A DNA stretch of 64,000 nt from Trichoplax adhaerens. Taxonomy: Eukaryota > Animalia > Placozoa. The stretch covers positions 7,921,880 to 7,985,879 of the forward strand of contig NW_002060947.1 in NCBI RefSeq assembly GCF_000150275.1. The letters run 5' to 3'. Under the pieces are notes generated by a model, which did no database searches, was not told the origin of the DNA, and saw nothing but the letters and a program-made list of their open reading frames with translations. This document shows, one piece after another, positions 14,601 through 28,270 of the stretch (the first letter of the stretch is position 1; every line of letters starts with the position of its first letter). The position numbers were made by a program, and so were the translations under genes.

Positions 14601-16412
14601 ATGATTTTAAACTCAAACATTGGACCCTCTAGCTTTTAGTTGATTCGTTATTTACTCATCGCGAGTTTAATTAATGCCGAGCGTTAGGGATATTGCGAGT
14701 CCATGACTCATTACAACTATCCCTATACGGTAAAATAAACTCTTTTAATAAGGTTAACATCCTTCAGTAGTTTGTTTCAATATCGATGACGCCAATTCAT
14801 AAAATAACATCCATCAACAAATCCTTTCATTAAGGGCCAAGATTGAAAATGAACCCAACGATGGCCTTAATGACTGGATTGTAATCATGGATTGAATATT
14901 GTCAAGTAGTTTTAATCTTGAATGGATCATTTGATTAGCAAATTACCTCGCAGTAGGCGATCATGATCGCAATATCACTTTAATTTGCTATCATTTCCTT
15001 TCCTTATAATGGATTGATGAAGAAGACAGAGGACAACTGTGGAGACTCATTTGTAGAACAAGCTAGAAAGGATGACATTTATTTAGAAAGCATGTCATAG
15101 ATTGGCCTTGTAGACCGACTTTGTATTATTTTTTTGTTGTTGTAGTCATAGAAATAATGACGGTAATTATCTTTCATTCTGTAAGCAATTAAGTCAAAAT
15201 GACGATTTTATTAGCCAATTTATAGTCATTAGAAGAAAATCATAGCAAAATATTTGAGCTACGATAGATGATCAAAGCAATCCACATACAAATTAGACAT
15301 GACGAGTTGAAATGATCCATCAACAAGACTACTTCAGACGAGTAATGTGCCATTGCTAGACCGATCGCAATGGTAGAATAAGTCATAATCGCAGTTTGTA
15401 GATGCTATTCCGCCATCGTGATTCTAGCTTGATCAAGTAGTCTATTTGATGACTAATCAAATTTTAATTCAAAAAAAAATGATTGCCTATCCACCTTTAA
15501 TCACTTAATAGCATGTAATCTAACGTTGGTTAATTCATTTTAATGAGTATTCTTTTGATAGGAAAAAAGTTATCTTAGCTGATCTGATTACGGTATTAAC
15601 AACAAAATGGTGATCCGATAAATCAATCAATCTTTTCACCTCAATCGTTACCTTAATGAATCGTATTTTGAATTTAAAATGAATGAGAAGGGTGGGAAAA
15701 CAATTTTCTACATCAGGCATTGAAATAGCCATCATGGATCCAAGTCGATCGGACAGGGGAAGGGGAAAGAGAATCGGATCGACTCTTATAGATCCTGTTG
15801 TAGAGCTCGACGCCATATTGAATTCAACATGATTGGCTATCTATTTTATTTTTTATTTATTTCCTCTCCTTTTCCTCCTCCTTTCCAATAGTTGATCTAA
15901 TGATTGATGTGACTACCCATGTTGCAGTCTTTTGGGTTATGCAGGTTGTTTGCAGTCCATAACAATCTCTGCATCGCTATTGATTGGATCAATAGGACAA
16001 ATTCAATTTCTTCTCTTGTTCTGCAACCCACTATTCAAAGTAGAGAGAACATCAATAGAATAGAATTCAATCTGTTGATCAATAGATAGAATCCATTTCT
16101 CTCTCACCCCCCTGTCCCGATTGCCATCGAGGATAGGATAAACAATCTTTTGGATCTCGTGCTATCTTACCATGCTGTTCTCTTATGGATAGAAAATGAT
16201 AAAATAACGATCGGCGTTGATCATGATTATTGCATTCAACGTTATCAAAACGCAGACCGTTCAAATGAGTTGCAATCTGTCAAAACGGCAGGTTGCCATC
16301 AACATGATGAGTTAATCTTGTTTGTATTGTTGCTATTCAAGACAGCCGTCGCTATTCTTTGCAAGACAGTAAGGATGGAGTTGTTTCATTTTATATTGTC
16401 ATGGAAATAGGC

Positions 16413-16413
16413 A

Positions 16414-16445
<32 letters not shown>

Positions 16446-16484
16446 AAATAAAATAAAGCAATAGAGTAGAAAGAGAGAGAGAGA
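16413..16484. repeat. (GA)n microsatellite / purine tract
   Basis: Two GA-dinucleotide runs separated by AATAA repeats, about 3.1 kb upstream of the plexin 1 ATG. Confidence 0.85.
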
Positions 16485-17019
16485 AAAGAACGGATTGATC
16501 GGCGCCGTTGGCCTATGGTATTCTTCTTCTTCTTTGCATGACGGCAATCTATTGAATTAAAATGATTGTTGTGATTACACCACTACCACAGATGTCTAAT
16601 GACTTCATTGCCAGTAATGAATAGATTGTTCATCATTCTTTCCTCTTTTTTTACCCTTAATCACTTCTGTTGTTCATTAGTAATCATCGATAGTCATCAT
16701 TAATTCCTCTATTGTTTCGACGTGATCATCCTTCAATAATATTGATCCGATTTTGATTTTTCCACCCAATACAGCCATCAAGGCAATGATCGACATGACA
16801 AATGGTTATGTCGATTTGTTTCCCTTGATAGCGCCATCCAATCGTGGACGATTTTATCGTCTATCCAAATCCATGTTGAAAAGAGACATCGATTAAATAA
16901 GCTCAAGGACAACATGGTCAATCTGTTATCTTCCATCTGTGTGTTAATTAGAAAAATTGTCAATATGACATCAACTTATTGTCTCCTTTCCATCCATAAA
17001 GAATATCTTATAATATCTT

Positions 17020-17600
17020 ATGAACTCAAAAACAATTTTTTTAGTCAACATTTCCCGTCCTAAGTGGACATAAGCTATTTTCAACGTAAATTTCAATTCT
17101 ACCATGGCTTCCACCCTTCAAGGATAGCTTTCAAAACAATTTTATTAGTCACCATTTCCCATCATAAGAGGATATCGCAAAATGATTCCTTAAACTCATT
17201 TCTGTTAATGCTTCTATCCATGTAGAATAGGTTGTACTATCTGATCAATTTAAAATAATCTTTTTTAGTTAACATTTCCAATTACAGTCGGCATAATATA
17301 GGTTGTATATCAACTCGCTTCCGCTATTGCTTCTATCCATCCGAAATAATTTCCGATCATAAATCACGAAGAATTGATTCTCCTTTCAATTGAATAATAG
17401 TTTTTTTTTTTTTGTCAACATTTCCAATCTTACGTAGACATACGTAAGCTATTATTGACATTCATTTTTCTGCCCTAGTTTGTATTGAAAAAATTGGTTA
17501 TGACATTCCACTTCTTGTCAACTCAACAACAATTTCTTGAGTTAACATTTCCATCATACGGAGACACAAGCTATTTTCTACATTACTCCTTTCGATCCCT
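17020..17600. repeat. Degenerate tandem repeat, 5 units of ~105-145 bp
   Basis: Conserved core GTYAMCATTTCC at 17044, 17148, 17268, 17414 and 17541. Several units share flanks (AACAATTT upstream, AAGCTATT downstream). Confidence 0.75.
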
Positions 17601-19622
17601 TTTTTGAAGCGATACTTTTTGACTACGTGTATTTCAAATTGGCAATGCAAATCATCTACTGAAAATCAACCATTGACCTATTGTCCAATGCAAACAAAAT
17701 ACGACACATTGAACAATCTATTACCTACAACAACTTCAACTGTTTTCGACTGTTGTATTCTTGAGATGCTTGTTTCTACTTTAATTTATATTCAAATCTG
17801 CGACTATAAAATTAGCCGTCACATTTTTTTCCCCCCTCACCTGTTGTCGAATAAAAACAAAACACAAACTAGCCCATAGTATAATTCCTATATCAACTTT
17901 AACTCCTATCGACTATTGTCTCATTGGATAGGCTTATTTCTATTCAAATTTCATATCCAAATCTTGTACTTGAAAATTAACAACTCTATTTTCGACCTCA
18001 TTACCAACAGAATTGAAACAATGTCCTGTAGACATTCAATTTGAAATCAATTTCAATTTGTACTATTGTAGATTATTTCCATACTTGTTTCAATGCAAAT
18101 AGAGGTTGCCATTTTCTAGCCCAATCATTCTAATTAGCAATCTTATTTTTCTCTCATCAATTGCAAAATTGAAACAATTTACTGTGTATGAACCCTATCG
18201 AGTCCATTTAATCTTTGACTTGATCAAATTTTATTTTCAAATGAGTGCATATCCATTTCCATCAATCGCATCTAGAGCATGTACAAGACTACGCTCATTT
18301 TTTTTCATGAACTAATCCTTCGTCAACACACCGTGCAACATCCATCCCCATCCACTAACTGTATAAACTGCCATCACTTAACGCATATATCTTACTAATC
18401 TCCATTGTCAATCATATTTCTATTACAAGACCACCATCTATCACTTTCTAATCAACGCCATTGAAATTCAAAATGAGCTACTTCTATCCAGTCTATCAAC
18501 ATCCATCCCATCGGTCCATTTAATACGTATTGATAGATGAAATCAAATGGCCTCTCTTCCATTTTTAGCCTAGACATTGGAAAAATTCATCAATCATGAT
18601 AACAGCCTGTTTTCTAACAAATTGATGAATAGATGAAATTATTGACATGGATCAAAAAGTGAAACATTTCTCCTTTTTCTCAACGTGGATGATGTCAATG
18701 TCAATAATGCCAACACGTGCATTGGACACAGGTGTTACCATCCGGTGTATTAATGTAGTTAACTCAATGTGAATTGGAAAGAATGACAACATCTTGAAGC
18801 CTTTTCAATCTTGTCTATCATTAAAATCAAGTCATCAGTTTAATTATCATGTTTTCATAGTTGTGTATTGAACAAGACGATCATAATGAGCATCATTCTT
18901 GTATATTATCATCATCATTCATCAATAGTCCTACTTTAGATGGTAGCATAGGATAGTCTTTTAGCATAGACTGTTGAATTGGTTAGTCTTGTTCTACTTG
19001 ATAGGACTACCAACGTATTCAACTTTTTAATTGCTATTGATATTGATATTATTTCTTATTATCCATCGACTTGATTGATAATATATCTTTTTCATCATCA
19101 TAAGGTATCATCGTGATTGATTACCAAGTCATTTTATTCATGGATAGCAATGAATATTAATGATTACTGTGTATTAATCCACCTTCAATGCATTCTATTT
19201 ATCGATCCTACTTATTCAATTTCTATTGATACATTCCAATTAGTATTGTTATGTAGATGATGGCGACTGTATTCACAGTAGCCATTAAAGTTCAATCAAG
19301 GCTACCTTTCTCTTTCTTCTATCAATAATCTAACGTTATAAATTCACTTTCAATAACATTCATCATTCCATTCTCTTTCATATACACGAGATGCACAGAT
19401 TGAATTTTCCACACTTTAACTTGCATCTATTTTGGCTACAAATGAAATTAAATTAGGTTGATTTTTTGTAATTTTTGATCTATCTTTTTTTAATCCACCT
19501 TTTTTTCTCTCTCTCCCCCCCCCCTTCTCAAATCATAGATCTCTCCTATTTATATTGCATTGATACAAGCGTGGTAGTGGTTGAAAAAAAGAATTTTTTT
19601 TTTTTTATCCAACTTAATCAAT

Positions 19623-22600
19623 ATGGCAACGATAAATTGCAACAACAGAAAACTTTTATTGTTGTTATTGTTGCAATGGATCACTTTATTGAACTACTAT
19701 CCATCTTGTCATGGCCAAGAAGTATTCGATATAGAACGTTTGCAAAGCGATAACATTCAACATGTTGTTATTCATCAAGTTAATGGCGATGTCTATGTTG
19801 GGGCTACTAATACTATTGTTAAATTAACAGCTAATTTAACATGGCAATCCAATAGTACAACTGGCCCACAGATGGATAATCCCCTATGCTTACCGGACAC
19901 CAATTGCAATCATCCTCGAAAATTAACCGACAATATCAATAAATTACTCTTAATTAATTATCAAGGCAATTCATTAATCACTTGTGGTAGTGTTTTCTTG
20001 GGAAGATGCCAATTACGTGATTTGAAAACATTAGCCAATCGACAAGAACCAACCATCTCGGTTGCATCCAATGATCCTAATGCTACGACGTATGGATTTA
20101 TTGGAGCAGGACCTGATCACGAAAATGTTCTCTATGTCGGCGCTACACATACACAACATGGTGGAGGCGATTGGTATAAAGTTGTTCTTGCTGTTAGTAC
20201 ACGCCGATTAAAGCATATTTCAGTTACTGAAGTCGCCCTATCGGTCTACGATAATACAAATTCCCAATTTAATTATGATGATCCCAACTACTATATCGAT
20301 TATCATTATGGATTTATTAGCGGCAGCTATAGTTATTTCTTAACTGTACAAAAAGGCGTTGTCATTAATGGATTTAACTCCGTCATCGATCAACGCTATG
20401 AAAGTCGAGTTGTACGATTATGTTCAGCGGATGCTACTTATACATCTTACGTCGAGACACCATTAAAATGCCTAGGAAGAAATAATATCAATTATAATTT
20501 ACTTCAAGCAGCCTATACCATTAAGCCAGGATCGTCTTTGGCTACATCGCTAGGTATCACTACAAGAGAGGATATCATAATTGGTGTCTTTGCAGCATCG
20601 ACAACGCCATCCTCTAAAATACCCTCTACTTCTTCAGCTGTTTGTATTTTTACAATTGCTCAAGTGAATAAAGTCTTAAGAGATACGATTCGAAATTGTT
20701 TAGCTGGTGGAATATCAAGGGGTTTACCTTGGGATACAAAAGGAGCTGGTAGTAAGAAATGTACCAAAGTTGATTTGGTAAATCCATAAATAATGAATTG
20801 ATTTGAAAGAGATATAATTCTAATTGGTTTAATTTAGAATGGATAAAATGATACAGAAATTATTTTTTACCTATTCCTATCAAATTAATTTCTTGTTAAG
20901 TAAATAAACGAGCTAGGATATTAAATTTACCTTGTTTATTTTAATTCCATAAAACTTTTATAGAATACTGTTCCTGAATGCAGTCGACGCTACCTGAGTA
21001 ATCCTCGTATTGGAGGCAACATCTCTGTCACAACAACAGCAGTTCGCGAATATTCTAATCGACTTTTAACGTCGATTGTTGCTTTCTCAGCTGATTCAAC
21101 AACATTGGCTTTTATTGGAACTAGTGATGGTGATATAGTTAAGGTAATATTATAATCAAAGTGATTGAAAACGTTGTGTTAAATTCTCAATTTTATCGTC
21201 GTATAGCTAGAATCTATAGTAATACAATTTTTTCCATTTGTTGCTGAATCTAGTTATCAATCAATTCCAAAAGTATTGCAACTCAATATTTCGAGGAGCA
21301 TGTCGCCCAATTACCAATCAATTCGCTAGCATTCGCGAAAGATTCAGGAAAATACTATGCTGCAACTTCAAAAACCGTCCATCGCTTGCCGTTAGAGAAA
21401 TGCCAGCAATATCTTGACTGCAATCAATGTATACTATCAGCAGATCCATTATGTGGCTGGTGTGTATTTGATAATCGATGTTCCAGAAAGTCTTCATGTG
21501 TTAAGAATACTTATTGGCTCGGACGAGGAGATACAAGCCGTTGTATTAACATTACAAGTATAAGCCCATCATCTGTTTCTATCGAGAGTCAAGCTACAGT
21601 TTCTATTAAAATGCTCAACTTAAATTCTTTACCAATACTTTCCTACACTTGCTCTTATGGGTCAAATTATGGCGAATATACTGCATCATTGCTACCAGGG
21701 AGTTCTGATACATTGCAATGTCTAACACCACGCTATGTTGCTCTATCCAATGCTGTACCTGTTCATGGCTACAAGAATATCCCATTATCCGTTAGTGTTA
21801 ATTTAGCTAACTCAGTCAAACGTATTACTATCGCAAACCGAGTAATTCAATTTTATAACTGTACATCATATCAATCATCATGTGCCACTTGTACAACATC
21901 TCCTTTCAACTGTGTTTGGTGCTTGTATGATTATACTTGCAATTCGAATGCCAATACATGCTCTACGGTTTCAATCGGTCGAAATTCTGCATGGCGAAGT
22001 AGTATTTGTCCAGTTATTCAAGCATCTAAAATCTCCCTTCCCCTCAATATACGACGAGAAATTATTATTTCTGGTAGAAATTTACTACCAGAAAGGAATT
22101 CCATGCGATATTCATGCAACATCGAGATAGGTGGTAGTATTTTTCAAGTACCGGCTAGTTATATCAATTCAACAACACTTCGTTGCCAAAGTCAACGATA
22201 TACTAGTCAATTTCAGACTTCCAAGCTCAATTCTTCTCTCAAAGTTAGTATAGGAAGTGGAAAATTGCTTGATTCGACAGGGCAAATAGCAGTGTTAGAA
22301 TTATTAATCCATCTTGTGCTGTAGTAGCATTGAGCTAGCATGATAAAGGACAGACATTATCTCTAACCTACGAGTAGCTCATTCAATTGCGTAATTAAAT
22401 CAAGCTATCTTAGCAGATATTGTATTATCGTAGAGTCAAGAAAGTAGGAATAACACTTAAAGTATAATCTCTCTCATACTAATCATATGCTATGCTAACT
22501 TGATTATCCTTCTTTAACAGTTATGTTTTACGATTGCCAATTCCGAAGTTCCGACTGTGGTCTATGCTTGTCATTTCGCTATGAAGGTGGATCAGAATGT

Positions 22601-25600
22601 GGCTGGTGCCAAGGAGCAACTTCCATGTGTTCAACCCGAGATCAGTGCAGTTCTAACAATCGATGGATAGGTTACCGTTGTCCTAATCCGACCATTACTA
22701 GTATATCGCCATCTTATGGACCACTAGAAGGAGGCACGCCAATTACAATTAAAGGAATAAATTTAGGATCGCGCTTTAGTGATGTTACCCACATTACTGT
22801 TGGAAGAATAAAATGTCAAACTATTCCTAATAATTACAAAATCTCTCATCAGATTGTCTGCATTACGGGAAATAGTAGTAATAATTTATCGTCAAGAATT
22901 CACTTGGATGTATTTGGAATAACCATTAGTAGCCAAGAAAACTTTCACTACTTGAATCCAATCGTTAAACAAATCTTTCCTATTCGTGGACCAAAATCAG
23001 GTGGCTCCGTCCTTACTATTATGGGCAACAATCTCAATGTGGGTAATAATGTTGTGGTGACTGCAGCTGGAATTCCATGCAAGCTCTTATGGTAATTTTT
23101 TTTTGATAACATTAAGTTTTGGCCTAATATTAACGCCACCAAATCATATAAATATAGAATACTATAACACTGCGTGCAACATTGATTAGGGTTCTCACTC
23201 AGCTTTTGAATATACTCAATTTTTTAGGAGAAATGAATCTAAGATAGAATGTATTACAAGTCGCCTATCTCAAATCATAGCAACTCCAAGCAAAGGAAAT
23301 CGGATGGCACCTTTAGCGGCGGGATCTGTAGTCATTTCTTATGATGGTAAAGCACATCGGAAAAGCTCCGAAAGCTTTGTGTACACCAATGATCCAACCT
23401 TTACCGATTTAAATCCACCGAGAACTATTCAGAGGTGATTATTGTGACTCTCGCTTGTAATCAATATGATGGAATAGCTTTTGTATTAAATTAACTAATT
23501 TTAAATTTATTAAACTACTTCATATCACAGCGGCGGATTGACTATCAAGATTACAGGCTCAAACTTTAATTCTATCGTCAAACCAGTCATGTTTGTCATA
23601 TTATGGCTTAAAAGCGGCAATAGAACAGTCTATAGCGACTCGGTGAGTAATACACGTAGCTATCCTCATGTTAATGCTAAATTTACGGAATTTACTACCT
23701 CCGATTTCATTATTAATGCTCATTAATGAATATTAAATTCCAATTATACTTCAACTAGGTATGCGATAATTCCATTCCAACTGGAGCTACTATGTACTGT
23801 AAATCGCCCAATATTTCGCCTTATGTTAATCGCTCAACTCTTAGCTCTCAAGAGATTAAAGCTAATATCGGATTTATCATGGATGGAGTCAAGTCTATGG
23901 AACGCTTGTATGTTGCTCAAAGGAAGGAAAGTGCTATTGCTCTGTCACCTGATCCAGTCATTTTCAAATTCGGAAGGAATCCACACAAGCACGAAGGAAA
24001 AATACTTGCTATTAATGTAAGCTGATAGAATCATGAATTTTTAATGTCAGTCTAACCTAATCATTTCTCTACTAAATCGCTTAATAGTTACTTAGCTTGT
24101 TTCTAATCATAAATACCGTAACGGCCATTTTTGTGCAACTTAGTGTATAGCAGTTATAATTAAAATTGTTACAAGAATCGGAAAAATTTATTTTTTCACA
24201 TCGTTAAACTCATGCATAAATCTCTATTTAGGGTTCTAATTTAATTGAAGCTGCAACGCGTAGCGATTATCGAGTTCATATTGGTAATCATGAATGCCAA
24301 GTATATACCGTAAAAGAAAAAGTAAGCTTACTCTTTAAAATTCAAGTAAGACTATTCAATCGAATAATATTTGTAACTAATTCTTTATCATTACCGTTAA
24401 AGGCAATCTTGTGCGAATTACCAGTAAATAAAATTAGCACAAGAGCCGGAGAAGATTATCCAAATGTTCACGTAAGTATTTAATTACACTCATTCATACT
24501 TATGGGTATTAAATAAATCTAGAAATCAATGTTCCTTTCTTCTTGTAGTTTAAATGCTTGTAATCTCATCGATTACGATAATCGCCGTCAATAAATTTTG
24601 AAAGACTATTTTCTATGCTATTCAATTTAGGTTTCAATTGGTAACTTGAAATTTCATGTCGGTCGCTTACGTTACGAAGTAAAAGAATTTCCAGTTATCC
24701 CATTGACCATAGGAAGTATTGCTGGAGGAGCTGTTTTGATCATCGTTACTATTTTAGTGATAATTTATCATCGTCGTAAGGTCAAAAGTAACAAGGAACA
24801 TGTGCTGAATATTAGGCAAAAGTACGATGAAATGGGCCAAACTTTAGCTGGAGAGTGTCGTCGAGGTAAAAATAAGGAAATGATGCAAACATTGGTTATA
24901 TCAAAATTTGAATAATAGTAGAGTGCCGTAGTAGCAGATTTCTAATATATGATTATTCACATTTTCAATTTAGCCTTTACTGAACTACAAACTGGAATGT
25001 GCGATTTAGCCAATGATCTAGATGTTAGTGGAGCTCCTCAGCATCCATTTAGAGTCTACATCCATAAAATGCTCTTTCCTAATGTTAAGCATGGCGAAAT
25101 GCATCCAGTTTTTGCACCTATTAGCGTCAGAGGAAGTAGGAAATCACGCCTTGAAGATAGCCTATCATCATTTCTAGATCTGCTTCTACGCGATAAATTT
25201 TTAATCACTTTTATCGCTACGTTAGAAAAGCAACCAGATTTTAAACCCAAAGATAAATGCAATATAGCATCGTTCTTAATTGTTGCATTGCACGAAAATA
25301 TGGACTATGTTACCAAAGTTTTGATGAAATTATTAATAGAAATGATACGAAAATTACCACCTAAAGGCCAACCTCAACTCTTTCTTAAGAGAAATGACTC
25401 CATTACTGAAAAGTTACTTTCCAATTGGTTAGCTCTATGCTTATACCAATATTCTAATAAACGTTTTGGTCAGCCATTGTACTTACTTTATCACGCTATT
25501 AAGCAACAAATCTCTAAGGGTCCAGTGGATCAAAAAACTGGCGAAGCACGTTATTGCTTAAGTGAAGAAAAACTTCTTCGTGAACAAGTAGACGAGACTG

Positions 25601-26796
25601 AAATTTCAGTTATGGCATCCATTGGTGATGGACAACAAATTAGTTTGAAGTTATTCGATTGTGATACAATTACGCAAGCTAAAGAAAAAATATTAGATGC
25701 TATTTATATTAATCAGCCATATAGCGCGCGACCCAGTGTTGCAGAATTTGAATTAGAAGCTGTTACAGTACGACATGGTCAACCACCATATCGATTGCCA
25801 ATGTTTGATGAAGACAGTAGTAATGAAGTTTATGAAAATGGATGGTATAAACTTAACACTATCGGCCATTACAAAATTACGGACAACACAACTTTAAAAT
25901 TGCATCGTGTCTATAATCGTAATTCTGACACCTTTTCTATATCAACAACTTATCAATATACTCGTCCATCGCGTAATCAGCTCCATGCTCGCTATAATAA
26001 TGTTTCCAATCAAGTTACTCTTGGTGGCAATAAAGAAAATCTTTCTCAACCATTGCCTAATCAAGTTCGTGAGAAAGCATTCCATTTAATGAAGCATAGC
26101 GATTCTAATACCACAAATGAGCGTATCCTTCCAGAAGCTTTCTTAATGTGTCTACTATTGACCAAGGGAACTCTACAACAGTATACTCAAGATCTTTTTG
26201 AGTCGTTATTCACTTTGCCCCATCATTCCAATACATTTCCACTAGCAATTAAGTATCTATTCGATTTTCTAAACAGCCAAGCTAGCCAAATGCAATTTAA
26301 TGATCCAGCTGTGGTTAAATCGTGGAAAAACAATACACTCCCATTACGATATTACATCAATATTATTCGCAATCCGCAGTTCTTATTTGATATTGACAAA
26401 TCGCCAATTGTAGATTCATGCCTGTCAGTAATTTCCCAAGCTTTCGGTGATGCTTGCTCAGTATCGGACACTAAAGTCAGCAAAGATTCTCCTTCTAATC
26501 GACTACTCTATGCTCGTGAAATACCAAGATATAGGGATAAAGTAGCAGAATTTTATAAATCTATTCAAAATTTACCAACCGTTTCTGAGAAAGAGATGAT
26601 GAAAGAAATGAAATTATTGTCTGAAACATTGAAAGATGATCTAGACAAGTCATCGGCATTACTACAATTATATGATTATGCCTATAGCAATATTAAAGCT
26701 TTCGAAGACAACTTACGAAATGCTAACTTAGTCCATTTGTTTGATGTGTTTGTGAATAGAGTGGTTAATGGGCTACAAGAAGATTCCACATGTTAG
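19623..26796 (+). CDS. Plexin (paralog 1): signal peptide, Sema, PSI, IPT/TIG repeats, TM helix, cytoplasmic GAP/RBD; 11 coding exons
   Basis: Exons 19623-20777, 20964-21143, 21254-~22292, 22521-23091, 23228-23434, 23531-23642, 23759-24016, 24232-24321, 24403-24471, 24631-24865, 24974-26796. Motifs: VYVGATN..TGPQMDNPLC..DNINKLLLI..LITCGSVFLGRCQLR (Sema), DPLCGWCV (PSI), GPLEGGTPITIKGINLG (IPT), hydrophobic TM, AFTELQT, KGPVD, DCDTITQAKEKILD, WKNNTLPLR, KDSPSNRLLYAREIP. Plexin class not assignable by eye. The exon 3 donor is problematic (see findings). Confidence 0.95.
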
Positions 26797-27369
26797 AATT
26801 ATAGTTAAGCTAAACAGGATTAATTCATTGCCATTTATAAATGAACTACCGCGTATTACGATATCTCGTTTACGTATAATAGCTAGATTAAAATTGGAAA
26901 TTCCCTTTAAGAATAGAGCAACTAGTCTATGTAAAGCTCTAATAGCTATGCAAAGTTCTTCTATAATTATCAGCGTGCTTATTAGTAGATTCATTTTCCG
27001 ATCTAATCATCTAAGTAATTCTCTATCCTTATCATGATGTATATATATATATCTATGCCTCTCTATGATATTTACTTACTAGTTATATTACTATAGTCTA
27101 TCCTACTGGGCTTTAACCAAGGATAATTTAATTGCAGTTATACTTATGAGCTGTTTAATTGTTTATAGTATCATTTTGTAAATAGGATTATAACATCATT
27201 TGAAGTTGTAAAATTTTTATTCATATATTCTAAACAATCATATAGTAATTGCATCTAAGAAGAAATTATATTATGAATATACGTTTAGTCTAAATCATAA
27301 ATTTGTACTAATATTAGACGCCGTAACATACTGCAGTATCACTATATATCTCCATAGCGTTAAAAAGAA

Positions 27370-28270
27370 CGCATAAGATTTCCCTACTTTTAAATAAAGA
27401 GCAAATTTTTTTTATATTTTGCTGCTTTATGGTTGCTCTATTGACATCAGATTTTTATGAATTCATGAAGTTATTATCCGTAGTGTAAATCAAACTAATT
27501 TTAATTTACACCTACACATATTATAAGTCCTCGAAAATAGTTTATGCATGCTATACAAGTTACCATGCTAAGCAGATTAGGTAATGTTAAAATTTCCGTT
27601 GCCGAAGTTCTGTCTCACTTTAGTTTTCATCAATACCGTCGTCAAGACTATGTTATGTGGATGTTTTATAGCATGCAGATAATTTCACAATCATGAATGG
27701 TAGATTAAGCCATCTTAAAATTTCTCTTATTATTTGCCAATGTATAAATAAAGACAACATAGTTGCTATACTTTGTGGCCTTAGATTTCCCTACTTTTAA
27801 ATATAGAATTAATTTCTTCACATTTAATTGCTTTATTATAACTTTGTTTGCATCAAATTCTCCTAAATCCAGATTAATTGATCAAATATCAATAATGCAA
27901 ACCTTTACGCTATTAATTCACTTTATACATTTTATAAGTTCCCAAAAATACTTTATAGATGTTCCACACTAAGCTGATTAGGCCACGTTGATATTTCCAT
28001 AACTAAAATTCTTTGTCATATCAGTTTGGCCATATAATGCAAACTCTGACGCTATTAATTTATTTTTATACATTTTATAAGTTCCCTAAAATAGCTTATA
28101 CGTGTTCTTCACTAAGCTAAATAGGCCATGTTGAATATTTTCATATCTAAAACTCTTTGTCATGTCAGTTTGGCTAATGCAGATGTCAAGAATATACAGT
28201 TACTATACCTCGTCAATATGCGAGTATGTAGATAATTTTACCATTATGGGTGATTGATTGGGCCATATTA
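27370..28270. repeat. Diverged ~400-bp duplication containing a younger ~140-bp tandem duplication
   Basis: AGATTTCCCTACTTTTAAATA at ~27377 and ~27783. ATAATGCAAAC...ATACATTTTATAAGTTCCC...CACTAAGCT...TCTTTGTCAT.TCAGTTTGGC at ~27892-28030 and ~28034-28174. Confidence 0.8.

Noticed and set aside
7000-19400. Short ORFs in the region upstream of plexin 1 (11550, 14281, 16079, 16150, 16778, 17604, 18106)
   Set aside because: No recognisable homology or consistent exon chain; lengths are compatible with chance.
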